From Oscillatoriales cyanobacterium SM2_2_1 (GTDB lineage Bacteria > Cyanobacteriota > Cyanobacteriia > Pseudanabaenales > Pseudanabaenaceae), in the NCBI GenBank assembly GCA_012031145.1, contig JAAUUH010000004.1:182-64181 (forward strand): a stretch of DNA of 64,000 nt, given 5' to 3'. Below the pieces are notes generated by a model. The model had not been told where the DNA came from. It ran no database searches and was given only the letters and a program-made list of their open reading frames with translations. A program made the position numbers and the translations under genes. How positions within the stretch are numbered: the stretch's first letter is position 1; each line of letters opens with the position of its first letter. Positions 46,917 to 58,919 of the stretch are shown one piece after another.

Positions 46917-47849
46917 CTACTTATTGAGGGTAAGTTCGGCTTTTTTACCCAAGAGTCCCTGGGGTCGCCAAATCATCACGGCAATCAGGGTTAGCCCAAT
47001 CAGCATGATTTGAATGGCTTCGGTGCGACCGGGGCCAATCTCTGGCAGAAAGCGGGGCAGGCTGTTGTATAGCTGGAAGACAGCGGCCCCCACGAGGACG
47101 CCCCAATGGCTCCCCGCACCGCCGATCGCCACAATCATCCAGGCTTGGAAGGTGACTTCGGGCATAAAGTTACTCGGGTATACGGCGCGGAGGTGCCAGG
47201 CATAGAAGGCTCCCGACAGCCCGGCGAACGCCCCCCCTAGGACAAAGGCCTGCAACTTGAAGGCAAATACGTTTTTGCCAAGGGCGGTGACCACGGCTTC
47301 ATCTTCACGAATAGCCCGCAGCACCCGACCCCAGGGCGATCGGGTCAGCCGTTGGAGGAGGGCCAGGGTGCCTAGCAGAACGCCTAAAACCACCGCCAGC
47401 AAAACCCAAGGGTACTGATCGGGCGTGAGCCAACCAAAAAGGGGATTGGTTTGGGGGTTGGGCCAAAAGGGTTTGGGAAAGTTCTGAATTCCAAAATCTC
47501 CCCGGGTCAGCCAACCGAGGGGGCGCTCATTTTTAATCACCAGTCGGAGCAGCTCAGCGACCCCAATGGTGACAATTCCCAGATAATCTTCCCGCAACCG
47601 CAGGGTAGCCAGACCAATGAGCAGTCCGAGAGCAGCAGCGACCGTGGCTCCGATAGGGGCAGCAACGTACCAAACGACGCCCGACAGGGTCAATAAAACT
47701 GTGGTGTAGGACCCTAGGGCCATAAAGGACACATGGCCAAAGTTGACTAGTCCAGCCATGCCCCATTGCAGGTTCAGCCCCAGGCTGAACAGAGCCAGGG
47801 TGGCAGCCAAGGTGATGAGGGTAGCGCTGTAGTTGAGAATACCGAGCAT
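46917..47849 (-). CDS. branched-chain/neutral amino-acid ABC transporter permease (LivM-type)
   Basis: LGLNLQWGMAGLVNFGHVSFMALGSYTTVLL...GGAFAGLSGAFYA. 310 aa. Confidence 0.85.
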   Translation of the reverse strand: MLGILNYSATLITLAATLALFSLGLNLQWGMAGLVNFGHVSFMALGSYTTVLLTLSGVVWYVAAPIGATVAAALGLLIGLATLRLREDYLGIVTIGVAELLRLVIKNERPLGWLTRGDFGIQNFPKPFWPNPQTNPLFGWLTPDQYPWVLLAVVLGVLLGTLALLQRLTRSPWGRVLRAIREDEAVVTALGKNVFAFKLQAFVLGGAFAGLSGAFYAWHLRAVYPSNFMPEVTFQAWMIVAIGGAGSHWGVLVGAAVFQLYNSLPRFLPEIGPGRTEAIQIMLIGLTLIAVMIWRPQGLLGKKAELTLNK

Positions 47850-47925
47850 GGGAGCGAAGGTTCAGGGTTTTGCTCTCAGCATAATGGAGAACATCGGCAA
47901 CGGAATAGGTGCAGCGATGGTGGCG

Positions 47926-50900
47926 CTACATCGCGGCGCTGGGGCGTAGCTCTAAACCCAAAACTTGGGTGTGGGCACCCCGGGCTTGGGTGACGCCAAT
48001 GGTGCGATCGGCCGCTTCGATCATCGGGCGGCGCAAACTGACAACAATAAATTGAGCTAGGGTGGCTTGCTGTTGCACCATGCGGGATAGGCGCTCGACG
48101 TTGGCTCCGTCGAGGAACATATCCACTTCATCGAAGGCATAGAAGGGAGACGGGCGATAGCGCTGCAAAGCAAAGATAAAGCTGAGGGCGGTGAGGGACT
48201 TTTCGCCTCCGGACATGGAACTTAGGTGCTGGACGGGTTTGCCCTTGGGGTGGGCAACGAGGTTGAGACCTCCGCTGAGGGGGGCTTGGGGATATTCCAG
48301 TTGTAGGTAGCCATCACCGTCGGACAGTTCGGCAAAGATGGTCTTAAAGTTTTGATTGACGGCCTCAAAGGCTTGCAGAAAGGCCCGCTGACGCAGGGTG
48401 GTGAAGTTTTCGATGCGGATCAGCAGTTCGGTGCGCTCTTGGTTGAGGGTTTCAAGGCGATCGCTCAGTTCGGTGAGGCGATCGGTGACGGCGTCATATT
48501 CGGCGATCGCCATCATGTTAACAGGTTCAAGGGCTTGAAGCCGTCGTTGCAGGCGGCGCTGCTCGTTTTGCAGTTGCTCTAGGGTGAAATGCTCGGGAAT
48601 GGGTGGGCAGGGGTCAGGAAGGACGATTTGGGACAGTTGGTGCTGAATTTGGGAAAGTTGGTTGGTAAGTTCAGCGACGGTTTCGATGTGTTTTTGCAGT
48701 TGCCATTGGTATTGCTGCTGGTTGCGTTGCTGTTGTTGGAGCAGACGATGGGCTGCGTCCCGCTCTTCGCGGGTGTTGCTCAGGGTGAGCTCTAGTTCGC
48801 TGAGGCGCTGCTGATAGTGCTGAATTTGGCTGGTGAACTGTTTTTCCTGGGACTGGGACTGGGCAGTGAGGTTAATCAGTTCGGTTTGTTTGGTGCGAAG
48901 TTCTTGGATCCGCAAGTGGCGTTGCTGGATTTTTTCGTGGGTGCGCTGCTCTTGATGACTGAGTTCGACTAAGTTTTGCTGGCGCGATCGCAGGTCTTGG
49001 TCGAGGGACTGCCATACGGCTTCCTGTTGGTTGAGGGCTTCCTGGGCCTGTTGCCAGCGGGTGTGGGTGCTGGACTGCTCCAGCTCAGCTAGGGCAGTTT
49101 TGTGTTGTTGCAGGCGGTGCTCGTGGGCGATGAGTTGGTCTTCGAGGTGCTTAAGCTGGGCTTGGCCGATCTCAATGCCCCCGCTATGTTGCTGAATTTG
49201 CTGCTGCAGGCGCTGCCGTTCCTGTTGGTGAAAAGACTGCTGGGCATGAATGCTTTCGGCCCGCAGTTGGATGGCATGGTGTTGTTGGCGCAGCTTGATT
49301 AATTCTGCTTCGAGGGTTTGGATGGTGTTCTGTAGCGATCGCGATTTTGGCTGCAATTGATTGAGCATTTGGTCGATGGCTTGGAGCGATCGCGCAGGGT
49401 TTTGGCTTCCTGGGACTCCCGTAGGTCTGTAGTTCCAAAATGTAAGCTTTGGCTGGGGGGCTGACTGCCGCCGGTCATGGCCCCAGTTGATTCCAATAGA
49501 TCGCCTTCCAATGTCACCATCCGGTAGCGACCAATGTGACGGCGGGCCTCCTCTAGGTGCTCATAGACGAGGGTCTGCCCAAATATAAAACCGAACACAT
49601 CTTGATATTCCGACGCAAACTGCACCAAGTTCACCGCGTAGTCGATCGCCCCTAAATCCCTCGCTTGGTGGGACCAGGGCAGACTAAAGGACTTAAGCTT
49701 GTTCAGGGGTAAAAATGTCGCCCGCCCCGCCCGCTCCAGCTTCAATAAATTGATTGCTTCGGCGGCTACCTCATCGTCTTCGACCACCAAAAAACCCAGA
49801 CGGCTACCCGCTGCGATCTCTAGGGCCAACTGTGCCCGGGGCTCCACCGTTCCCAACTGAGCCACCAGTCCGTGGATGCCACGCAGGGATGCCGAGCGAA
49901 TCACCTGAATGGCCTTAGTGCCGAAGGTCTCTCGCTGGGCTTGAACTTGGGCATCAAGACGATCCAGTTGCCGTGTTTTTTGTTGCTGCTCGGCTTGGAG
50001 GCGATCGGTGGTCTCCCGAATCACCTGCACCTCCATTTGGGCATCGCTGAGGGCCCGGGACACTCCCTGGATCTGGGTTTCGATCGCCCCAAGTTCTATT
50101 TGGGGAGCCGTTGGCGTGGTGGGTGGATGGCTCGGGCCGAGGGCTTCGAGGTCATTTTCCGCTTGGGTGCGTTGCAACCACCATTGGCGCACCGATTCCT
50201 GCAAGCGAATTTGCTCTTGGCGCAGGGGATCCACTTGGGTTTGCAGGTCATCAATTAATTGATACAGCTTGGCCTGCTGCTTTAACCACTCCGCCGAAGC
50301 CGTGGCAATGTCGCTGAGTTCTTGTCGCTGCTGCTGGACTAGGGCCTGCTGGCGATCGCTCAATTCCTGGACCGGCCTAATCTCAACCTGTTGGTGCTGT
50401 TGTTGTTGGATGACCTGTTCGAGGAGCCGTTGCAGGTCGCCAATTTCGGTTTGCGTCTGACCCAACTGCTGTTGTGCCCGATCATAGGATTGCATTAGTT
50501 CCTGCTGTTGTTTTTGCAGAGACTTTAATTCCGCCTGTTTGGCTGCCAGATGCCCCGCTTGCTGCACGTATTCCGATTCACCCAAGTCATGGACACGGGC
50601 ATTAAGTTCGTTATATTGCACGGTTGTCAGGTCAATCTGGCTTTGCAACTCGCCCAGCTCCTGCTGCAATTCCCCCGCGGCCTGCTGCGTCGTGCGCAAG
50701 GACTCTTCCTTCAAAGTCCGCTGGTATAGCCAGTGGCGCTGGGCCAAGACCAACTCCGCCGCATCCAATTGGGACAGTTCATGGCGAAGGGCCTGATATT
50801 TTTCAGCCTTAGCCCGATCGCCTTGGAGCTTCTCCTGGGCTAACTTGAGCTCCTGCTCGACGATCCGAAAGCGATCCTCCTGGGCCTTGACATCATCGAG

Positions 50901-51443
50901 TTTTTCCTTAGCGGTTTCGATCTTGCGGTCAAACTCTCCCACCCCTGCCAGTTCATCTATAATTTCCCGCCGCTCTCGGGCATTCATGGAGATAATTCCT
51001 GTCACGTCCCCCTGCAAAACCACGTTATAGCCTTCGGGGTAAACATGGAACTTGGCTAGTTGTTCGTGCAGCTCACTGAGGGTGCAGGGGGAACCATTGA
51101 CATAATAAGTTGAGGTGTAGGTGCCCTGACTGGTCACCCGCAACTTGCGCGAAATCGTCCAATCTCCCATCGGCACCTCGCCATCCACGGCAAAGGTGAC
51201 TGACACACTCGCTTCCACCGTTCGCCCCTTTTGGCTATGGCTTTGATTGACCAAATCCGGCAGCCGATCCGCCCGCATGCCCTTAGACGACGATAGGCCC
51301 AAAGCAAAGAGCAATGCATCCAAAATATTTGACTTGCCCGAACCATTGGGCCCCGAAATCACCGTGAAACCCGGAAGCAGGGGGATGGTGGTTGAAGCGC
51401 CAAAAGATTTGAAGCGAGTTAGCTCAATCTGCTTTACATACAT
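47926..51443 (-). pseudogene. smc: chromosome segregation protein SMC, split by a frameshift near 49300-49400
   Basis: The N-terminal ORF (49299..51443) has Walker A FTVISGPNGSGKSN and the hinge. The C-terminal ORF (47926..49368) has [17 protein letters not shown] and Walker [13 protein letters not shown]. The frames join cleanly as ...KTLRDR|[12 protein letters not shown] if one base is added at 49385/49386. Confidence 0.9.
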
Positions 51444-51629
51444 AGGAAAAGCATAGGGGCGGCAAAAAAGTGCCTATACCTTAACATGGGTGCTTTATTT
51501 TGCACGGCGATCGCCAAGAATTCTAGGAGTGGGTCGATCTCCCTATTTCTGTGCTTTTAGGATCAGTGAATCCAGCCCTTAAATGGCACACTTACACGCA
51601 ATAATGTTCTTGCAATGCAGAGGAATTGA

Positions 51630-52910
<1,281 letters not shown>

Positions 52911-53517
52911 TCCCGAGGTTGCCCCGGGTGCTCCTACTTCCAAACCTAGACCCTACCTGGGATGCGGCTGCTTCAGCTTCTAGCCGGAACTATGGAATCC
53001 CCATGTGACCGATCTGACTGACCGAAAAGAAACGATACCCCTTTACTTGAGTGAGGGCGGAGACAGGCGGTCAGAATATCTAGGATCGTCGGGATGAGCC
53101 GCTGTGGGGTTCATCTCACAGACCATGCATTGGTGCGGCCCATGTCCCAGGAATACCAGGGAACTTCAAAGGGGTGCCGAATAGGAGTTTCCCCTAAATC
53201 AATTCAAACAATGATCGACTAATAAGCCTATTCGTAAACCTATTCAATGGTTGTCCTGTCCGCGCAATCCTAGAAACTGGAATCCTAGAAACTCAGCTGC
53301 TCAACAGATTGGCAGCCCAGTTAGGAAAGGGTGAGATGACTGCTAAAAACCTAAATGACTGCTAACAATAAAGTCATATCACAGGGGAGTACTTGGCTGA
53401 AAACGACTTCGTTTTGAGGCGTCAAAATTTCGATGCGCCAAAACCTAATTGCAAATCAGCTTCTGCAAGCCAACTTCTTTTACCAATTAGCTTCTTTTAC
53501 GAATCAACCTAAAGCTA

Positions 53518-53601
53518 TGGGCAGAGAGAGAATCGAACTCTCATGATGTCACCATCGTCAGATTTTGAGTCTGATGCGTCTACCAATTTCGCCATCCGCC
53601 C
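53518..53601 (-). tRNA. tRNA-Leu (anticodon CAA)
   Basis: Minus-strand GGGCGGA-UG-GCGAAAUUGGUAGACGC-A-UCAGA CUCAAAA UCUGA-long variable arm-GAGAG UUCGAUU CUCUC-UCUGCCC-A. The 7-bp acceptor stem has one G-U pair, and CCA is not encoded. Confidence 0.9.
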
Positions 53602-53770
53602 GCTTTTTTAGCCCCTAGCCGATCTATTTCGAGATTTAGCCAAAGACAATTCATATCCGGAATACAAAAATAGCAGATCTACCCTAGAACCGCACAATAA
53701 TTTTTAACCCTTTTTTAGGCTGCATCAAAGCGATACACTGTCAAAAAACAGCCTAGGCAACAACAGGACT

Positions 53771-54589
53771 ATGACAACTCGGGAAACGCAGCAAAACTTT
53801 CTGGTAGCGATCGCCTTTATCGTGGCACTCGTTGTCCTATTCATCGCCGCCGGTCCCCTCGTGATCGTAGGGGCGGGGTATCGCGGGGTGGTGATGAATT
53901 TTGGCAAAGTTCAAGACAGCATTCTCGATGAAGGCTTACACTGGCGAGTTCCGGTGATGACCGAGGTGCGGCAGCTCAGTGTGCGCGTCCAAAAAACCGA
54001 CATTATCGCCCAAGTAGGTTCTAAGGATCTCCAGGATGTCCGTCTTGATGTTGCCATCAACTGGCACATCGATCCCAAGCGTGTCAATGGCGTTTACCAG
54101 AGCATCGGTGATGAAATCCAAGTTGTCAATCGCATCCTGAATCCCGCTGTCGGTGAAGTTGTCAAAGCTGCTGCCGCCAAAAAGAACGCCGAAGAAATCC
54201 TAACCAAACGCCCCGAACTGAAGGGTGAAATTGATGCCGTTCTCGATGAGCGCCTCTCCACCTATGGCATCGTCCTCGATAGTGTCTCGCTTCTGGATGT
54301 GCAGTTCACCAAAGAGTTTGCCGAGGCGATCGAGCAAAAACAAATTGCTGAGCAGGAAGCCCAGCGAGCCGTCTACATTGCCCAAAAAGCCGAACGGGAA
54401 GCCGAAGCCGAAGTTAACCGCGCCCGTGGTCGCGCTGAAGCCCAGAACATCCTGCAAAAAACCCTGACACCGGAAGTCCTCCAAAATAAGGCCCTTGAAG
54501 TGTGGGATGGCAAGTTCCCCCTGATTTATGGTGGCAATGCTCTGCCCTTAATTGACAGCACCATCCTGGGGCTACCCTCTCAAAAGTGA
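53771..54589 (+). CDS. SPFH/band-7 (prohibitin family) membrane protein
   Basis: N-terminal TM helix followed by GYRGVVMNFGKVQD...LQDVRLDVAINWHIDP...AEQEAQRAVYIAQKAEREAEAE. Confidence 0.85.
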   Translation: MTTRETQQNFLVAIAFIVALVVLFIAAGPLVIVGAGYRGVVMNFGKVQDSILDEGLHWRVPVMTEVRQLSVRVQKTDIIAQVGSKDLQDVRLDVAINWHIDPKRVNGVYQSIGDEIQVVNRILNPAVGEVVKAAAAKKNAEEILTKRPELKGEIDAVLDERLSTYGIVLDSVSLLDVQFTKEFAEAIEQKQIAEQEAQRAVYIAQKAEREAEAEVNRARGRAEAQNILQKTLTPEVLQNKALEVWDGKFPLIYGGNALPLIDSTILGLPSQK

Positions 54590-54717
54590 AGGGTGCTGGC
54601 AGTTGTCCTTAGGATCGCTGCCGTCCTCCGTTGGCTCATCAAGGGTTGCTGTCAAAGGTGGCGCGGCAAATCAGCCCCCATCCCGTAAGATAGAGCTGTT
54701 GCATTGGGTGTGTTCCT

Positions 54718-54909
54718 ATGCCAATTGGCACCATTATCCTATGGTCCTTACTCGTGATCTATATCTTGGGAATCTGGCGATTTTTAGCGGGGTTCAAAAA
54801 CACCAACTATTCCCAAAGCGCTATCTTTTTGGCGGTGATTTGGCCCATCGCCATCTTTGCCAACGGGCGCTACCGGCAAAATTTTTTTAAAGCACTGACG
54901 GGTTCCTAG
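54718..54909 (+). CDS. 63-aa two-helix membrane protein, hypothetical
   Basis: MPIGTIILWSLLVIYILGIWRFLAG...AIFLAVIWPIAIFANG. It ends 4 nt before the next gene. Confidence 0.4.
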   Translation: MPIGTIILWSLLVIYILGIWRFLAGFKNTNYSQSAIFLAVIWPIAIFANGRYRQNFFKALTGS

Positions 54910-54913
54910 TCCG

Positions 54914-55939
54914 ATGGGGTGGTGGTCTCGTCTACGGCGTAATCCGCTGGCTGTTCTCAGCATGGGTGTCCTGATCCTGTTCTACCTGGTGGCGGTTTTG
55001 GCTCCCTGGGTTGCCCCCTACGGAGCCAATCAGTCCTTCGAGAATGGGGCGCTTTTGCCGCCTTCGTCTATCTATTGGTGGAACCCCCAAGGAGAATTTA
55101 TTGGGGCCCATGTCTATCCCGCTACCTTGGGTAGCGTAGACCTGGAAACGGGGCAACGGACGCTTCGACTTGACCGATCCCGCCCTAGTCCCATCCGGTT
55201 GTTCCACGCCGGACATTTGTTTGATACGTTTGGCGATGGTCATATCCATTTACTAGGAACCGATGAGCAGGGACGGGATGAGTTTTCTCGCTTACTCTAT
55301 GGCGCACGGTTCAGCTTATTTATCGGCATTGTGTCTACCACCATCTCGTTTTCTATCGGCACTGCCATTGGGGCGATCGCTGGGTATGTGGGTGGGTTGC
55401 TCGATAACATATTAATGCGCCTTTCTGAGGTGCTCATGTCCGTGCCCTACATCTACCTCCTCGTTGCCCTTGCCGCCGTTCTTCCCGCCCAGCTCAGCAA
55501 CACCGACCGTTTTGTTTTGATCACTGTCATTATCTCTACGGTTTCTTGGGCAGGTTTGGCCCGGGTGATCCGAGGCCAGGTTTTGTCGATTAAGGAATCG
55601 ACCTTTGTACTGGCTGCCAGGGCGATTGGCACTCCAGTGCAGCAGATTCTGTGGCGTCATATCCTCCCCCAAACTACCACCTACCTGATCATTGCTGCTA
55701 CCCTGGCCGTTCCCGGCTTCATTGTTGCCGAAGCAGTGCTTAGTCTAGTTGGGCTCGGCATTCAGCAACCCGATCCTTCCTGGGGGAATATGCTCTCTCT
55801 ATCCACCAATGCGGCTATTTTGTTGCTGCACCCTTGGCTGGTTTGGTCACCGGCGATCGCCATCATCACCACCGTTCTATGCTTCAATCTTCTTGGCGAC
55901 GGACTGCGAGATGCCTTCGACCCAAAGCGTATCCCCTAA
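54914..55939 (+). CDS. ABC transporter permease, oligopeptide/dipeptide DppC/OppC type
   Basis: RRNPLAVLSMGVLILFYLVAVLAPWVAPY...LLGTDEQGRDEFSRLLYGARFSL...SWGNML. Confidence 0.85.
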   Translation: MGWWSRLRRNPLAVLSMGVLILFYLVAVLAPWVAPYGANQSFENGALLPPSSIYWWNPQGEFIGAHVYPATLGSVDLETGQRTLRLDRSRPSPIRLFHAGHLFDTFGDGHIHLLGTDEQGRDEFSRLLYGARFSLFIGIVSTTISFSIGTAIGAIAGYVGGLLDNILMRLSEVLMSVPYIYLLVALAAVLPAQLSNTDRFVLITVIISTVSWAGLARVIRGQVLSIKESTFVLAARAIGTPVQQILWRHILPQTTTYLIIAATLAVPGFIVAEAVLSLVGLGIQQPDPSWGNMLSLSTNAAILLLHPWLVWSPAIAIITTVLCFNLLGDGLRDAFDPKRIP

Positions 55940-56046
55940 TTGGTGTTACCCCACAAACAAGCAAACAGTAACTCTGCATGGCATACTATGGGGAAGGGTA
56001 TTTCGTTGACTCACCGCGTCACATGTAGCAGAGGAGAGTAGGTAGC

Positions 56047-57684
56047 GTGCAATACTTGGCAGAAATCCAGAAAACTCAAGCTGCTTTTGGGTTGGGGGGA
56101 AAAGTTCAGGTTCGTCTACTCGCCAGAAATGCCGGGGAGAACAACTGGCAGCCCATTGGCAATGATCAGCTAATTCAAATACAGGATCCTAGCCAAGTAC
56201 AGGATCTCAAAGACGGGCAACTTGTCATTACTGACATTACGGGCAGTAATGTTGTCCAGAATGTGACCGAAGCCTCCAAGCGTATCGTCGGCATCCTGCA
56301 GAATTTTTCCCGCGCCCAAGAGCGCTTTCGGGCTGCGGAAGAAGAGGTTGAGCAATGGAAGCAGTCCTTAAACTACCAAAGCCAAGAATTGCATCGCCGT
56401 GAGCAGGAACTGGAAAATCGCGAGATTGAGTTAGAAACCCTTGAAGCTAAACGCCAAGAAGCCGAGGAGATCCTGGCGCGCCTAGAAACCGAACGGGGCT
56501 CCTATGAGTCTATGAGAGCTGCCGCCGCAGGGCTAAGTGCCGATCAGGCCAACCAATTGATGGGGATCGTCAATGATCTTTCTGAAAGCCTCGGCTCCAA
56601 CGGCTCTGCGCCTATGGATGTGGGTGAAATCCTCCAGGTTATTTATGAGCGGCAAAACATCCTCAACGGTTTTTGGCAGCAGCTTGACTCAATGCGGCAA
56701 GAGGTTGAACAGCGCCGTCGCGAGTTGGACCAGTCCCAGGAGTCCTATCAGCAGCGGTTGCAGCAGTGGCAACAGGCTCAGAGTGTCTTGGCAGATGCCC
56801 AAGCCGAACTCAAGGCTCAACGCAATATCCTTAAACTGCAAGAGAATAATCTTGCCCTTGGTAAAAATCAGCTTGCTGTTCAAGACCAACTCCACCAAAA
56901 GGCCGTGGCTGTAATTGAAGCCCTTGGCGGCACTCCCAATGAAGTCCTGTCCCCAGAAGAAGTGCAGCGCCTAGAGGAGTTGCCCATTGAAGAGTTGGAG
57001 TCGGCGGTTCATAACCTCCAAGCGGAATTTGACAAACTGGCGAACTACGTCAGTGCCCAAGAAGATGAGCTGGCGTCCCTAGAGGGCGAAATTGCCGATA
57101 TTCAGAGCCAAATAGCTAAAATCAACGAATTTGAGTGCCTTGAGCTGGAGAGTAGCAAAGAGTTTGCTGAGGAGCAGTACAAGCTTCTCGAGGATAGTGT
57201 TTCTGGAATGCGCCGCAGTATGCAGGAGCGTCAGGCCGCACTTAGTCAGCGCCGTGCCATTCTTGACCGCCGCAAAGGTAATGGCTCTGGCGATGATCCC
57301 TTTCAAAATCTACTCCCCCTATTGCAGCAAATCGATGCCCAGCGATCGCATCAGCGTCAAGAGCTAGAAAAGATGGAGCAGCAAATTGATGCCGTTCGCA
57401 ACTACATTCAGCAGCAACAAGATTCCCTTAATCGTCAAATCCAGGATCACCAAGCCCAGCATCAAGAGCTGCAGAGCACAGAACTGAGCGTGCGGGATTT
57501 GCAGGCATTCGTCGCTGAACTTAGCGGTAAGGTTGCCATTCAGGAGCAACTCCTGCGCCCCGTCCAAGATATTGTTGATGTGATTAGACCGAAACTAGAA
57601 TTCCTTTCCAACGGCTCCTCAACCAGCAGTAGCCATGACCACCTCGTTCAAGAACTGCGTTCCATAATTTCCGCCATGGTCTAG
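56047..57684 (+). CDS. hmpF: HmpF-like coiled-coil protein (type IV pilus motility/taxis)
   Basis: GTG start. The N-terminus VQYLAEIQKTQ...VRLLARNAGENNWQPI...ILQNFSRAQERFRAAEEEVEQWKQSLNYQSQEL matches my memory of HmpF and its Synechocystis homologue. The remaining ~430 aa are Q/E/L/R-rich heptad coiled coil. Confidence 0.55.
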   Translation: MQYLAEIQKTQAAFGLGGKVQVRLLARNAGENNWQPIGNDQLIQIQDPSQVQDLKDGQLVITDITGSNVVQNVTEASKRIVGILQNFSRAQERFRAAEEEVEQWKQSLNYQSQELHRREQELENREIELETLEAKRQEAEEILARLETERGSYESMRAAAAGLSADQANQLMGIVNDLSESLGSNGSAPMDVGEILQVIYERQNILNGFWQQLDSMRQEVEQRRRELDQSQESYQQRLQQWQQAQSVLADAQAELKAQRNILKLQENNLALGKNQLAVQDQLHQKAVAVIEALGGTPNEVLSPEEVQRLEELPIEELESAVHNLQAEFDKLANYVSAQEDELASLEGEIADIQSQIAKINEFECLELESSKEFAEEQYKLLEDSVSGMRRSMQERQAALSQRRAILDRRKGNGSGDDPFQNLLPLLQQIDAQRSHQRQELEKMEQQIDAVRNYIQQQQDSLNRQIQDHQAQHQELQSTELSVRDLQAFVAELSGKVAIQEQLLRPVQDIVDVIRPKLEFLSNGSSTSSSHDHLVQELRSIISAMV

Positions 57685-57722
57685 GCCTAGTATGGCCTAG
57701 GCATACAAAGAGCGTTCGTCCC

Positions 57723-57750
57723 TTGACAATGCTTGTGATCGCTCTATAAT
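57723..57750 (+). promoter_or_regulatory. near-consensus sigma-70 promoter upstream of pilM
   Basis: TTGACA (57723-57728), a 16-nt spacer, then TATAAT (57745-57750). It is about 50 nt upstream of the pilM ATG. Confidence 0.5.
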
Positions 57751-57800
57751 CCGAGGCATTAACAGGCTGACCCCTAGCCCAGCAACTATCTGGAAAAAAT

Positions 57801-58916
57801 ATGTTTGGATTAAAACTCGGCGGTGGTTCCAAAAACGGCATCGGACTCGAAATTAATTCAGAGCGTGTCAACATTGTCCAATTGCGCCGCAAGGGGCAAT
57901 CCTCCTATAAGCTAGCAGCCTACGCGAGCGCCGAGCTCCCCGAAGGAGCAGTTCAAGAAGGTCGCATCAACGACCCTGTTGCCGTCGGTGAAACCATCCG
58001 TAGCCTGATGACCGAAAAGAAAATTAAAGCCAAAAATGTGGCCACTTCCGTTCCGGGGCGGGAAACCGTCAGCCGTTTAATTCGCCTGCCCTCAGAGATT
58101 CCCGATGCTGAGTTGAGGGAAATGGTGCTCAACCAAGAAGCCAGTCTCTATCTTCCCTTTCCCCGGGAAGATGCCGATGTCACTTACCAAAAACTGGGCA
58201 CAAACCTAGATGAGGATGGCATTGAGCGCACCGAAATTTTAATGGTAGCTACCCCCAAGGAAGTTACCGACAACTACCTGCAAGTTCTTGAGTATGCCCA
58301 GTTGAAACCCGATGTTATTGAAGTCAGCAGCTTCTCCCTGATTCGTTCCCTTCATAACGAACTCGTGCGTTTTAGTGGTGCTTCTGAAGCTGTTGCCGTG
58401 GTCGATATCGAGTGTGAAATGACCGAGGTCAATGTTACGGTTGATGGGGTACCCCAGTTTTCTCGCAGTATCCCCACGGGCACAGTGCAGATTCAAAATG
58501 CCCAACTGCGCGCCATGAACTTGCCGCCGAGACGCACCACCGATGCTGAATTACTTGGTAATATCTCTGTGCCTGTGCAAACCATGGACACCGCCGGACT
58601 GGCAGGAGGCATGTCAGGCAGCAGCCCCGGGGATGCCGCGGTGTTGAGGGTCGTTGGCGACCTTGCGGATGAATTGCGCCGTTCCATTGACTTTTACACC
58701 AACCAATCTTCTGGTTCGGATGTGGTGCAAATGTTCTTGGTTGGCCCCGGTGCATGTATTGATCAACTGGATGAATATCTCAGCCAAAGGCTAGGTATAG
58801 TGGCTCAGCCCATTGATCCCTTGGCAGCGCTTTCTGTCTCCGTTGATCGCGAACTTTCCAATGAGGAGCGATATGGCATGTCCATCGCCCTTGGTTTAGG
58901 TGTGAGAGAGGTGTAG
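57801..58916 (+). CDS. pilM: type IV pilus assembly protein PilM
   Basis: 371 aa with an actin-like ATPase fold pattern (IGLEINSERVNIVQLR...VVDIECEMTEVNV...LVGPGACI). First gene of the pilMNOQ order. Confidence 0.9.
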   Translation: MFGLKLGGGSKNGIGLEINSERVNIVQLRRKGQSSYKLAAYASAELPEGAVQEGRINDPVAVGETIRSLMTEKKIKAKNVATSVPGRETVSRLIRLPSEIPDAELREMVLNQEASLYLPFPREDADVTYQKLGTNLDEDGIERTEILMVATPKEVTDNYLQVLEYAQLKPDVIEVSSFSLIRSLHNELVRFSGASEAVAVVDIECEMTEVNVTVDGVPQFSRSIPTGTVQIQNAQLRAMNLPPRRTTDAELLGNISVPVQTMDTAGLAGGMSGSSPGDAAVLRVVGDLADELRRSIDFYTNQSSGSDVVQMFLVGPGACIDQLDEYLSQRLGIVAQPIDPLAALSVSVDRELSNEERYGMSIALGLGVREV

Positions 58917-58919
58917 TCC

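Noticed and set aside
52911-53770. Genomic island or prophage integrated at tRNA-Leu
   Set aside because: There is no integrase, no phage or IS genes, no direct repeat of the tRNA 3' end in the window, and the flanking genes are ordinary housekeeping genes. Only the odd spacer is reported as a finding.
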